64,000 bases of DNA from NCBI GenBank assembly GCA_965203555.1, contig CBDBCY010000004.1, positions 1,408,001 to 1,472,000 of the forward strand, given 5' to 3'. This DNA is from Acidimicrobiia bacterium (GTDB taxonomy: Bacteria; Actinomycetota; Acidimicrobiia; Spongiisociales; ZC4RG35). The first letter of the stretch is position 1, and the number at the start of each line of letters is the position of its first letter. Both the position numbers and the translations under genes were made by a program. A model generated the notes under the pieces. That model had not been told where the DNA came from and ran no database searches. It saw only the letters and a list, made by a program, of their open reading frames with translations. Below, in pieces: positions 8,026 through 17,745 of the stretch.

Positions 8026-10439
8026 CAGGCCCGCAGCCTTTCCGAACGCGGATCCCAGGCCGGGCCGCGCAGCACCCGCGCCCGGCGGCGTTCGCCCATC
8101 ACCCGGATCTCGAATTCCGAGCCCGGTGATCGGTAGTCGGGATGGACATAGGCGAAGAACAGACTCTTGTCCACCGAATATCCGTAGGCGCCGGAGGTGG
8201 TGAGTCCCATCATCGTCCCGTTTCCGTAGACCGGTTCGTTGCCCCGGCAGTCGGCGTCGACCGCGTCCATTGCACCGTAGACCAACACCCAGGCAAGTTC
8301 GGACCCACGCCTGGCCATAGTGGCCGCCTTGCCCTGGAACTCCTTTTGGTAGTTGACAAAACGTTCGATGTCAGCCTCCACGGGCGTGATCTCGGTGGTC
8401 AACTCGAAACCGTGAGCCTTGTAGGCCTTTTCGATACGCATGACGTTCATGGCGTAGGCGCCGAAGTCCACCAGTCCCAGGCCCTCCCCCGCTTCCTGAA
8501 TCGCCGCGTACAATCCGGCCATCTCTTCGATCGGATGGTGCAACTCCCAGCCCAGTTCACCGACGTAACTCACTCGAAGAGCCAGACAGTGCACACCGGC
8601 CACCTCGATCTCCTGTCCCGTGAGCCAGGGGAAGCGGGCATTGGTGAGATCGGCGTCGGTGAGTTTCTCCAACAGTTCCCTCGACCGGGGACCGGTCACC
8701 GCCAATATCCCCCTCCGGTTGGTGACATCGGTGACCGTCACGTCCTCTCCCGGGAGGACATGATGCCGCAGCCAATCCTGATCGTGCTGCTCGGCCATGA
8801 TCGAGGAATTGAGGTAGAAACGGTCGTCGTCCAGCCTGGTGATGGTCACCTCACCCTCGATCCCACCGAGGGTGGTGAGCATGTGGGCCAGCCGGATGCC
8901 CCCCGGTCGGGTGGGCAGGCGGTTGGCCGCCAGCCGGTCCAACAGCGCCGCCGCATCGGACCCGGTCACCTCCAGCTTGGTGAAAGCGGTCAGGTCGGCC
9001 ACCCCCACCCGGTTGCGGACACCCGCCACTTCCTGTCCCACCGGCCCGAACGCCGAAGACCTCCGGAAGGAGTACTCCTCGGGGACGCCGTCGGGAGAGA
9101 AGTATCGAGCCCGCTCCCATCCGTAGATCTCCTGGAACTGGGCGCCCTTTTGGGCCAGGGCGTCATACAGCGGGGTCTGCTTGATCGGACGTCCCGCCTC
9201 CCGGTATTCGCCGGGCATCCGCACCTGGTACATTTCGTGATACTCGTCGATCGCCTTGGCGTGGGTGAAGTCTCCGGGGGCGTGGGGCCCGAATCGGCGG
9301 GGATCCATTTCGGCCACGTTGATCTCGGTCTGGCCATGGACCATCCACTGGGCCAGGTACTTGCCGGCGCCGGGTCCCTGGCAGATGCCGATGGAGGACC
9401 CCACACACATCCAGTAGTTCTGCAAACCGGGCGCCGGACCGATCATGAAGCCGGAATCCGGGGTGTGCGTGATGGGACCGCACACCACTCGCGTTATGCC
9501 TGCCTCCTCCAGGACAGGAGTCCGGCGGGCGGCCAGGTCCAGCCAGGGAAGGAGCTTCTCCACATCGGGAGGAAGCAGATGGAAGGTCAGATCCCAGTCG
9601 ATGCCCTCCATTCCATAGGAAAGGGAGCCCTCCGTCTCGTATGGCCCGATCAGCAAACCGTCGTGTTCCTGCCGGGTGTAGCAGGAGGACCGGGGATCGC
9701 GCAACACCGGGATTTCGAAGTCGAGATCGGCCACGGCCGGTATGGCCTCGGTGACGACGTAGTGATGGATCACCGAGACGATCGGCGTGTCCAGGCCCAC
9801 CATCGCCGCCAACTGCGGACCGAAGTGGCCGGCCGCATTCACCACGTGCTCGGAGACTATGCGTCCCTTTTCGGTGATGGTCTCCCAGCGTCCGTCCGGA
9901 AGTCGGTTCATGTCGATCACCCGATTGCGCCGCACGATCTCGGCGCCCAGTTGTCGGGCGCCGGCCGCCATGGAGTTGGTGGCCGAGGACGGGTCGGTCC
10001 AACCGTCGCCGGGGGTGTGGAGACCCACCACCACCCCTTCGGTGTCCACCAGGGGGTGCAGTTTGCGGATCTCCGAGGGACCCACCAAGTGCGACTCCAC
10101 CCCCACCAACTCGAGTACCCCGTGGACGTATTTGAACCAGTCGGCCTCGTCGGGGTTGGTGGCCAGCCGGACAGCGCCGCAGCCGTGCCACCCCGTGTGA
10201 AGACCTGTCTCCTCCTCCAGGCGGCTGTAAAGCTCGGCGCCGTAGGCGTGGACCTTGGCCATGTTGAGGCTGCCGATGAAATGGGGCACCAGACCTGCTG
10301 CGTGCCAGGTGGATCCTGACGACAATTCGTCCTTTTCCACCAGAACCGTGTCGGTCCAGCCCTCATGGGCCAGGTGGTAGAGCAGACCTACCCCCATTGC
10401 GCCGCCACCCACGATTACGCAACGCGCTTCTTCTCTCAT
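8025..10439 (-). CDS. Dimethylglycine dehydrogenase-like FAD oxidoreductase with GcvT domain
   Basis: GGGAMG, GSTWHAAG, GPITHTPD, GWERARYF, SYVGELGWELH, RIEKAY; start placed at ATG 10439 (MREEARCV). Confidence 0.92.
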   Translation of the reverse strand: MREEARCVIVGGGAMGVGLLYHLAHEGWTDTVLVEKDELSSGSTWHAAGLVPHFIGSLNMAKVHAYGAELYSRLEEETGLHTGWHGCGAVRLATNPDEADWFKYVHGVLELVGVESHLVGPSEIRKLHPLVDTEGVVVGLHTPGDGWTDPSSATNSMAAGARQLGAEIVRRNRVIDMNRLPDGRWETITEKGRIVSEHVVNAAGHFGPQLAAMVGLDTPIVSVIHHYVVTEAIPAVADLDFEIPVLRDPRSSCYTRQEHDGLLIGPYETEGSLSYGMEGIDWDLTFHLLPPDVEKLLPWLDLAARRTPVLEEAGITRVVCGPITHTPDSGFMIGPAPGLQNYWMCVGSSIGICQGPGAGKYLAQWMVHGQTEINVAEMDPRRFGPHAPGDFTHAKAIDEYHEMYQVRMPGEYREAGRPIKQTPLYDALAQKGAQFQEIYGWERARYFSPDGVPEEYSFRRSSAFGPVGQEVAGVRNRVGVADLTAFTKLEVTGSDAAALLDRLAANRLPTRPGGIRLAHMLTTLGGIEGEVTITRLDDDRFYLNSSIMAEQHDQDWLRHHVLPGEDVTVTDVTNRRGILAVTGPRSRELLEKLTDADLTNARFPWLTGQEIEVAGVHCLALRVSYVGELGWELHHPIEEMAGLYAAIQEAGEGLGLVDFGAYAMNVMRIEKAYKAHGFELTTEITPVEADIERFVNYQKEFQGKAATMARRGSELAWVLVYGAMDAVDADCRGNEPVYGNGTMMGLTTSGAYGYSVDKSLFFAYVHPDYRSPGSEFEIRVMGERRRARVLRGPAWDPRSERLRA

Positions 10440-10600
10440 ACCGCGCTCTCCATGATCCCGGGCGGGCCTACCAAACGGGGAAGTATATTTGCCATGTTCT
10501 CGCACACCCCACTTCCAACTCGGAAAAGTCCGGTTCCAGACGCTGGAATATTCCGGCTACTGATATGATGAGGATACCCACTTTACTGGAGAGTTGGATC

Positions 10601-11377
10601 ATGACAGAGAACCTTGCCGCTTGGGCGGGAGGCAGCGGCGACTATGTGAGCGAACCTGCTTTCGAGACTGTCGACGGACTCCGCCGCCACCGCAAACGGC
10701 AGACCGCCCTCTCCTATCGATTGTTCGGCGCATTCGGATGGGGATCGCTGGGAGACGGGCACATCACCGCCCGGGACCCCGAGCGCACCGACTGTTTCTG
10801 GCTCCTCAAATACGGTGTCCCCTTCCGTCAGGCCACGGTGAACGACCTGGTGCTGGTGGGACCGGGCGGCCAATTGGTGGAGGGCGAAGGGCCGATCAAC
10901 ATGACCGCCTATTACATCCACGCTCCCATTCACGACGCCCGGCCCGAGTCGGTGTCGGTCGCGCACACTCACACACCCTATGCCACGCCCTGGGTGTCCA
11001 ATGTCCGCCCTTTCCGGATGATCTGCCAGGAGGCCACCGCCTTTTTCAGGTCCCAGGCGATCTTCGAGGGGGAGGAGGTGCAGGTGATGGACGCCGACAC
11101 CGGCAAGCACATTGCCGCGGCGCTTGATGAGGCCAGGCTGGTGTTCCTGCGCAATCACGGACCGGTGACGGTGGGTCAGTCGGTGGAGGAGACCATCGGC
11201 TGGTTTCTCCTGGCCGAAAGAGTGGCCGAGGTCCACATCAAGGCGCCGGACGCCCTGCCGATATCCGACCAGGCCGCCTTCATCGCCTCAACCGAGATCG
11301 GCCATCCCAGCAACGCAGCCGCCGTCTACGAGTACGCCGTCATGTCCCATGTACCCGACCCCTCGGTGGTGGATTGA
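10601..11377 (+). CDS. Class II aldolase/adducin family protein
   Basis: GHITARDPE, IHAPIHDARP, AHTHTPY, LRNHG metal-binding motifs; start at ATG 10601. Confidence 0.88.
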   Translation: MTENLAAWAGGSGDYVSEPAFETVDGLRRHRKRQTALSYRLFGAFGWGSLGDGHITARDPERTDCFWLLKYGVPFRQATVNDLVLVGPGGQLVEGEGPINMTAYYIHAPIHDARPESVSVAHTHTPYATPWVSNVRPFRMICQEATAFFRSQAIFEGEEVQVMDADTGKHIAAALDEARLVFLRNHGPVTVGQSVEETIGWFLLAERVAEVHIKAPDALPISDQAAFIASTEIGHPSNAAAVYEYAVMSHVPDPSVVD

Positions 11378-11423
11378 TCTCCGGCGCCGGGTGGTCAGGT
11401 CTTGAAAGGGAAGGTCTTAGCTT

Positions 11424-11624
11424 TCACGTCATCTCGAATTCCACGTCGGAGAGGTCGAGGACTCAGGAGCGTCTCGAGAGACGGAGCATCTTCACTCCCA
11501 CCACTTCGTTAAAGACGTTGTAGTCAAGGACCACCCCCCGCGAAACCTCCTCGGATCAAACGATGACCGCGTCATCAAGTCACGGGTACCGCGCATCGGC
11601 TTCTCTGTCGACATGCAACCTCAT
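11424..11624 (-). pseudogene. DUF2283-family small protein pseudogene (three in-frame TGA stops)
   Basis: MRLHVDREADARYP*LDDAVIV*SEEVSRGVVLDYNVFNEVVGVKMLRLSRRS*VLDLSDVEFEMT matches the DUF2283 pattern (D.EADALY..., GVVLD....EVVG.E.L); SD-like AAGGGA upstream. Confidence 0.8.
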
Positions 11625-11900
11625 ACCGTCCCTTTAGTTCTGCGGTGGAAGAACGGTCTCACAACTCATCGGCGTCCGGTGGGGGTGTTCACCTCCACCC
11701 TCACAACACCACGGTGGGGGGAATGCCGGACGGATCCCCTCGGTTGGGGCAAGGCCGCGAAAACCCATCCCTGTCCCGCGAAATCCGGCCCGGCCTTTTT
11801 CACCCGGTGGGTCCCTCCCCCGCCGCCTCCACCGTCGAGTCGACACGCGCTCCGCCAGCCCTGCCAGAGGGTCCGCGTGTCGACAGAGTATGATCTCTCC
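11621..11900 (-). pseudogene. Decayed DUF4258-family (putative toxin) gene remnant upstream of DUF2283
   Basis: C-terminus reads HRGVVRVEVNTPTGRR*VVRPFFHRRTKGTV* and overlaps the DUF2283 start as ATGA; resembles the DUF4258 end RVLRVVVN...VVT.FFDRR.KG; 5' boundary approximate. Confidence 0.6.
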
Positions 11901-12064
11901 GTCCCGCAGGAAACCCTGCGGGGCCCGTACGACGTCGGAACGGACCTGGAGGTGTTACGACCCTCCCAACATGGCGTCGAACCAGTGACGGTTTCAACCC
12001 CCTGTCACACCTTTTTTTCGCGACGTGCCCAGATTCCCGGCGTTCGCTTATCCACCGAGAGGGC

Positions 12065-12601
12065 TTACGCGTTCACCTCTTCGTAGCTGGGGCTTCCGGT
12101 TCCCTCCACCCAGTAACGCCGCGCCCAGGCAACACCCTGCCAGGTGCGCACCTTCTCGGGGATTACCTTGATCAGCCAACGGGGCTGCTTGAGGGTGGGC
12201 ACCAGGTAGGTGGGACCGTTGGGACCCAGGTAGCGCAAAGACATCTCCTCGGCGACCCCGACCCACTTGCCGCCGATATTGGGCTCCTCGGCGATCTCCG
12301 CCCGGCCTTCCACGAACACCTTGGGAATCTCCGCCGTCTGACCGGACTCGTCCGGCGGGCTGTGGGCGGCGTCTATCACCACGCACACCCGCGGGTCGTT
12401 GGCTACGAACTCGCACCACCGCGCTCTCTGCCTACCCACGAACCACAGAGCCTCCCCGTCCCACTGGTACCACAACGGGATAACGTAGGGAGCTCCGTCC
12501 GGCTTGAGGCAGGCGAAGCGCGCCAAGGCGGGAGATGCCAGAAAGGCCTCAACCTCATCACTGCTGAGCGCCCCTATCTTCCCGCGGAAATCGTCGGCCA
12601 T
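12065..12601 (-). CDS. Pyridoxamine 5'-phosphate oxidase-family (PPOX, possibly F420-binding) protein
   Basis: ARFACLKPDGAPYVIPLWYQWDG, NDPRVCVVID, VFVEGRAEI, IKVIPEKVRTW; SD GGAGGA upstream. Confidence 0.82.
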   Translation of the reverse strand: MADDFRGKIGALSSDEVEAFLASPALARFACLKPDGAPYVIPLWYQWDGEALWFVGRQRARWCEFVANDPRVCVVIDAAHSPPDESGQTAEIPKVFVEGRAEIAEEPNIGGKWVGVAEEMSLRYLGPNGPTYLVPTLKQPRWLIKVIPEKVRTWQGVAWARRYWVEGTGSPSYEEVNA

Positions 12602-12727
12602 TTTCCTCCTCCTTGTACTTGACGAATTGGCCTATCACGATACCAAGAGGATCGACCCAGGGCACAATGAGAGACGATATGCTCTCTGAATGGGGACACT
12701 GCTTCCCCTCGCATACTCGACAGGAAC

Positions 12728-13777
12728 ATGAATCAGACCGACTCGACAATCCTGACAATGGGCAGGGATACGGCTGTCTCAGTGCGCAACCTGGTCAAGA
12801 ATTTCGAAGTAGGAGGAGGAATCCTCAGCAGCAGGCCCCGGGGAATCGTTTCGGCTGTGTCCGGGGTCTCCTTCGACATCCCGCGAGGCACCACTTTGGG
12901 GTTGGTCGGTGAGTCGGGCTGCGGCAAGTCGACCACCGCCCGGTGCATCCTGCGGCTGATCGAACCCACATCGGGCAGCGTGCTGTTGCGCAAGGAGTTC
13001 GAAAACGGTGCGGGATCGGAGGTGATCGACATCACCACCGCCGACCGCAGCACTCTTCGAAACCTGCGGCGGGAGATGCAGATAGTCTTCCAGGACCCCT
13101 ACGCCTCCCTCAATCCCCGGATGCGAATCGGCGACGCCATCGGGGAGCAACTGGCTGTCCACACCGACATGACCCGCGAGCAGCAGCGCCGGCGGGTGGG
13201 GGAGCTCCTGGAGATGGTGGGGCTCAACCCACGCTATGCCCGCCGGTTTCCCCACGAGTTCTCCGGGGGCCAGCGCCAGCGGGTGGGCGTGGCCAGGGCT
13301 TTGTCGCTGCATCCCAGTTTCGTGATCTGCGACGAGCCGGTATCGGCGCTCGATGTCTCCATCCAGGCCCAGGTCCTCAACCTCTTGCGGGAGTTGCAGG
13401 ACGATCTGGGGTTGACCTATCTGTTCATCGCCCATGACCTGGCGGTGGTCCGCCACATCTCCGAGCGGATCGCGGTGATGTATCTGGGCAAAGTCGTGGA
13501 ACTGGGTAAATCCGAGCAGCTGTTCACCCGGCCTCTACATCACTACACCAACGCTCTTCTCTCTGCCGCCCCACTCCCCGATCCGGTCTTGGAGAGACAG
13601 CGCACCCGCATTCTCCTGGAGGGAGAGGTCCCCTCTCCGATCAACCCGCCCTCGGGATGCCGTTTCCATCCCCGGTGTCCCGTCGGTCGGACCGAGGAGA
13701 TCTGCCGGAGCGAAGAGCCTCTACTGGAAGAGAAGCAGCCCGGGCACCTGGCGGCCTGCCACTTCCCCCTGGCATGA
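12728..13777 (+). CDS. Oligopeptide/dipeptide ABC transporter ATP-binding subunit (OppF/AppF type)
   Basis: [42 protein letters not shown]. Confidence 0.93.
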   Translation: MNQTDSTILTMGRDTAVSVRNLVKNFEVGGGILSSRPRGIVSAVSGVSFDIPRGTTLGLVGESGCGKSTTARCILRLIEPTSGSVLLRKEFENGAGSEVIDITTADRSTLRNLRREMQIVFQDPYASLNPRMRIGDAIGEQLAVHTDMTREQQRRRVGELLEMVGLNPRYARRFPHEFSGGQRQRVGVARALSLHPSFVICDEPVSALDVSIQAQVLNLLRELQDDLGLTYLFIAHDLAVVRHISERIAVMYLGKVVELGKSEQLFTRPLHHYTNALLSAAPLPDPVLERQRTRILLEGEVPSPINPPSGCRFHPRCPVGRTEEICRSEEPLLEEKQPGHLAACHFPLA

Positions 13778-14922
13778 TGCTCGGTCCTTCCCGCACCATT
13801 ACATCCATGCCTCGCTCGGGTATCCGAGAGATAAACGACCTTTCCTCCCAGTACCCCGATGTCATCCATCTGGAGATCGGCCAGCCCAATTTCGCCACCC
13901 CCGAGCACATCAGCCGAGCGGCGGGCGAAGCGGCGGTCAATGGATTCACCTACTACACCCCCAACGCAGGCATCCCCAAGCTCCGGAGAGCGGCAGCCGA
14001 AAAACTGCACCGCTTCAACGGAATAGCGGCCGGCCCTGAAAACGTCGTCGTCACCACCGGGGGCGTCGGGGCTCTCTCCACTTCCCTGTTGACCCTGTGC
14101 GACCCCGGCGATGCGATCCTGCTGTCCGATCCGACCTGGCCCAACTACTCCATGATGGCCGTCCTGCAGGGATTGGAGGTCCGCTACTACAACTTGAGAC
14201 CCGAAGACGGGTGGCTTCCCAACCCCGAGGAGATCGAGAAGCAGATCACCCCCAACTGCCGGGCCCTGGTACTGGTCTCTCCCTCCAATCCCACCGCCAC
14301 CGTGATCGGTGAGGACCTGATGCGGGACCTGCTGGAGGTGGCCCGTCGACATGACCTGTGGGTGATCTCCGACGAGGTGTACGACGCCATCACCTTCGGC
14401 AGGCCCGCCTTCTCGGCCTACCGGATCGATCCGGAACGGGTGATCTCGGTTTTCAGCTTCTCCAAGACCTACGCCATGACCGGCTGGCGGATCGGCTATG
14501 CGGTCTCCCGCCGCGATGTCGCCAAACAACTCAGCAAGTCCCAGGAACCCACCACCTCATGTGTCAACAGTCTCGCCCAGATAGGGGCGTTGACCGCGCT
14601 GCGGGGCCCCCAGGACGACGTGTGGATGATGCGGGACGCCTACTGGGAACGGCGGAACCAGGTTATGAAATTGCTCACGGAGGCCGACATTCCCTTTGCC
14701 CGACCGGACGGCGCCTTCTACATGTGGGTCGACATCTCCCAAAGCCGCCTCCCGGACACGGAATTCGTGCGACGGCTGGTCACCGACTACCGGGTGGCGG
14801 TGGTGCCCGGCACGGTATTCGGACCGAATGGGGGCACCCATGTGCGCATCTCTCTGGCCACCGACACCGAACTCCTCCTGGAAGGCATGTCCCGCCTCGT
14901 CAAGGCGGTCCGCGCAGGCTAG
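13774..14922 (+). CDS. PLP-dependent class I/II aminotransferase (aspartate aminotransferase-like)
   Basis: [34 protein letters not shown]; ATGA overlap with the upstream gene. Confidence 0.92.
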   Translation: MMLGPSRTITSMPRSGIREINDLSSQYPDVIHLEIGQPNFATPEHISRAAGEAAVNGFTYYTPNAGIPKLRRAAAEKLHRFNGIAAGPENVVVTTGGVGALSTSLLTLCDPGDAILLSDPTWPNYSMMAVLQGLEVRYYNLRPEDGWLPNPEEIEKQITPNCRALVLVSPSNPTATVIGEDLMRDLLEVARRHDLWVISDEVYDAITFGRPAFSAYRIDPERVISVFSFSKTYAMTGWRIGYAVSRRDVAKQLSKSQEPTTSCVNSLAQIGALTALRGPQDDVWMMRDAYWERRNQVMKLLTEADIPFARPDGAFYMWVDISQSRLPDTEFVRRLVTDYRVAVVPGTVFGPNGGTHVRISLATDTELLLEGMSRLVKAVRAG

Positions 14923-14955
14923 TCGCTCGTTATGAGTTGCATCCGGGGCAGAAAC

Positions 14956-15756
14956 CTAACCCGGATCGCCTCTCTTCCGCCTGAGAAAGGCCACCAACCC
15001 AGCAGTCATGACCAGGCCTCCTGCGAGCAGCAGGACTCGGGTCATGGTGGATACGGCGCCCTTCAGGCTGGAAACCTCGGTTTGGAGAGAGATCGCCTCT
15101 TCTTCAAGACTTGACACTTCTCCCTGCAGACTTACCATCTCATCCTCCTGTCTCAGGTCATCCGGCAGGAGGTCTTCAATGTTTGCCCCCGGTTCCTCCA
15201 CCTCCTCCTCCATACCCTCCGCCTCCTCCTGCAAAGCCAACGCCTCATCAGGCGGATAGCCCTCGCCGAACACTTCCTTGAGTTCACCGATTGTGACCAC
15301 AGACCCACACAGACTCACCATATATTCATCCCCTCCCCTGCTGAAGGCAGCAACCCCTTTGACTCCCTTTTCGGCAAAGTCGACGCCGCAGGACGACCCG
15401 TCTCGCACTGTTTGGACCTCGATCACCGGACCTGCCCGCCCCTTGTACACCCGAGTGACCCCAAAGATCAGAGTAACTGGATCACTGGACCAGGTTGATC
15501 CGTCCGATTCTGAGATTATCCGCTGGATTTGCCAGCCCGTGAAGGCAACATCCACCTCGTCGGCGTAGTCGGACAGAGGGACATCCGCACAACTGCAGGC
15601 ATGAGCCGGTCGGGGAGTTGCCAGGACAGTGATGCCCACCAGGGCCGCCACCAGCATCGATGCGGCCATCACCCTTGCCAATCCACCCCTTCCACTGCTT
15701 CTTTGGACACCGGAGCTTTGATCCACGAGAACTTCCAGGACGCTTGACAGCACCAT
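14956..15756 (-). CDS. Exported TIMP/NTR-like protein with acidic coiled-coil stalk and C-terminal membrane anchor
   Basis: Signal peptide ending AHA followed by CSC; V.RVYKG, SSCG, VSLCGS; EVSSL heptads; C-terminal TM helix followed by RRKR; start uncertain. Confidence 0.7.
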   Translation of the reverse strand: MVLSSVLEVLVDQSSGVQRSSGRGGLARVMAASMLVAALVGITVLATPRPAHACSCADVPLSDYADEVDVAFTGWQIQRIISESDGSTWSSDPVTLIFGVTRVYKGRAGPVIEVQTVRDGSSCGVDFAEKGVKGVAAFSRGGDEYMVSLCGSVVTIGELKEVFGEGYPPDEALALQEEAEGMEEEVEEPGANIEDLLPDDLRQEDEMVSLQGEVSSLEEEAISLQTEVSSLKGAVSTMTRVLLLAGGLVMTAGLVAFLRRKRGDPG

Positions 15757-15902
15757 AACACATCCGCTTCATGATTGATTCCCGATCCCTACCGGAACAA
15801 CTCCTGCTGATCCCGGAGAGCTCAGGACGCTCTTTCAAAGTTCGCTCTGAGTCCGTAAGGCGTTTCCAGGCGATGGCTGGCCGGCAGCGCTCCCTGCCAC
15901 CT

Positions 15903-16520
15903 TCACCCGGCTGATCTGTCGCTCTTCTTTTTCAGAAAGGCCGTCGCTCCACCCACCAGGATCGCTACGGCTGCCGAGACCGACAGGGTTTGGATCACAG
16001 TCCGCTCACTATCCCGCGGACCCGGCCCTTCCACCTCCCCAGCCACGGCTTCTGTCTCCCCAACCACCGGATGACCTTCGCCGAAGACCTCTTCCAACTC
16101 ATCCAAGGCGACGGGTGATGAACAGATGTCCACCGTCAGGCCTTGCCGACCTGCATCGAAGAAGGCGACCATCCCCCTGACGCCTCTTCCTGAGAGATCG
16201 ACGCCGCAGTCACCGCCTCCCAAGCCCGTGCCGACCGAGATCCGAGGGCCGGACCGGCCCTTGTAGACCCGATCAACCTGAAACACCAGGGTGGCTCCGT
16301 GGTCCCCGACGCTTCGAGCCAGTTGACGTCCCGCGAACGCAAGGGACACCTCATCGGCGTACTCCGACAACGGGCCAGGCAGGCAACTGCACGCGTGAGC
16401 GGCTCGGGGAGCCGAGATCAGCAGGGCGCAAACCATGGCGGCGGCAAGCAGCACAGCCTCCGACCTCCGCAACACACCGGAGAATGGCACCGACCGGCGT
16501 TTCTTGAGGTCTCGAAGCAT
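15903..16520 (-). CDS. Exported TIMP/NTR-like protein, paralog of 14956-15756
   Basis: AHA-CSC, YADEV..AF.G.Q, VDRVYKG, GDCGVD, VDICSS, EL.EVFGEG shared with the neighbour; C-terminal TM helix followed by KKK. Confidence 0.7.
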   Translation of the reverse strand: MLRDLKKRRSVPFSGVLRRSEAVLLAAAMVCALLISAPRAAHACSCLPGPLSEYADEVSLAFAGRQLARSVGDHGATLVFQVDRVYKGRSGPRISVGTGLGGGDCGVDLSGRGVRGMVAFFDAGRQGLTVDICSSPVALDELEEVFGEGHPVVGETEAVAGEVEGPGPRDSERTVIQTLSVSAAVAILVGGATAFLKKKSDRSAG

Positions 16521-16938
16521 GGGGTCCCCGGCGAGCGTCTACCGCGAGTCTAAAATCAACCCCCCGCCCGGACCCCGGGTTTGGCCGCGATGCCGGACCT
16601 TCGCCATCCAGCCACGCCGGCGCCTTGCCGGATTTCCCTACGTCGCCCATTCACTCAGACCGCCGCCCCACTCCTTAATTCTGGGAAACCCACCCGACCC
16701 GCCACCGCCCATCCAGCGTCCAAATTCGGACAGGGCGCGACCTGCCCGACCGGAATCCGGTTGGCAAACCGCCTCTTGGAGGCTGACGCCACCCTCAGGC
16801 GGATGGATGATCATCCGGGGCCCGGAACACCGGAGTGATATTTGGACTCTTCCAGCATGTGACGCCGGTGGGACATTTTCAAGATCTCACCACGGAGATA
16901 TTTCCCACGCTCCTACCGCTCGGCACTCTTCATCCCGA

Positions 16939-17745
16939 TCAGGCTCGTTTTACGGCCTTTTGATAGCGGCGCACCGCCAGAGGAGCAAAGATGGCGATGA
17001 TCACAACCGCCCAGATCAAGGAGTACATCACCGGATGCTGAAGCGGCCAAGCGGTGGGGTCAGGCGTTCCGAGGGGAATATTCCCGAACAACTCCCGCAC
17101 CGCCTGGGTGAGGGCCGAGATCGGATTCCACTCCGCGAAAACCCGCAGGATGGTGGGCAGGTTCTCCACCGGAACGAAAGTGTTGGCGATGAAGGTGAGC
17201 GGGAAGATCACCATGAAGCTGGCGTTGTTGATCACTTCGACGCTGGGCACCAGCAGACCGACGTAAGCCATCGTCCACGAGAACGAGTAGGAAAAAGCCA
17301 GCAGCAACCCGAACCCCGCCAAGCCCTCCCAGAAGCTGCTGTGGATGCGCCAACCCACCACCAGTCCGGTGAGGCCCATGATCAGAAGCGTCATCATGTT
17401 GTACACCACGTCGCTGGCGGTGCGACCCAGCAGCACGGCCGCCTGCGACATGGGAAGCGAGCGAAACCGGTCGATGATTCCCTTCTGCATGTCGTCGGCA
17501 AGTCCGGCGCCGGTGAAGGTGGCGCCGAACACCACCGTCTGGGCGAAGATGCCGGCGATCAAATACTCCCGGTAGGAGCCGCCCGGAATGTCGATCGACC
17601 CGCCGAACACGTAGGCGAACAGCAGCACGAACATGATCGGCGACAGCAGCACGAACACCAGGACTTCGGGGACCCGTTTGATCTTGATCACGTTCCGCTT
17701 GGCTATTACCGCCCCATCGGCGAACAGATAGAAGACCGACCTCAT
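16939..17745 (-). CDS. ABC-2 type exporter permease (DrrB-like)
   Basis: PIMFVLLFAYVFGG, YLIAGI, GIIDRFRSLPM, AEWNPIS. Confidence 0.9.
   Translation of the reverse strand: MRSVFYLFADGAVIAKRNVIKIKRVPEVLVFVLLSPIMFVLLFAYVFGGSIDIPGGSYREYLIAGIFAQTVVFGATFTGAGLADDMQKGIIDRFRSLPMSQAAVLLGRTASDVVYNMMTLLIMGLTGLVVGWRIHSSFWEGLAGFGLLLAFSYSFSWTMAYVGLLVPSVEVINNASFMVIFPLTFIANTFVPVENLPTILRVFAEWNPISALTQAVRELFGNIPLGTPDPTAWPLQHPVMYSLIWAVVIIAIFAPLAVRRYQKAVKRA

Noticed and set aside
10545-10554. GGAATATTCC palindrome between the divergent DMGDH and aldolase genes
   Set aside because: Single 10-bp palindrome with no second copy or nearby regulator; insufficient support.
11424-11624. TGA codons in the DUF2283 frame as selenocysteine or genetic code 4/25
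   Set aside because: They are not at Cys or Trp positions, no SECIS-like hairpin is evident, and TGA is the normal stop for many genes in this window.
11630-11900. Possible structured ncRNA or cobalamin riboswitch
   Set aside because: No complete B12-box pattern; the minus strand is better explained as a decayed DUF4258 gene.
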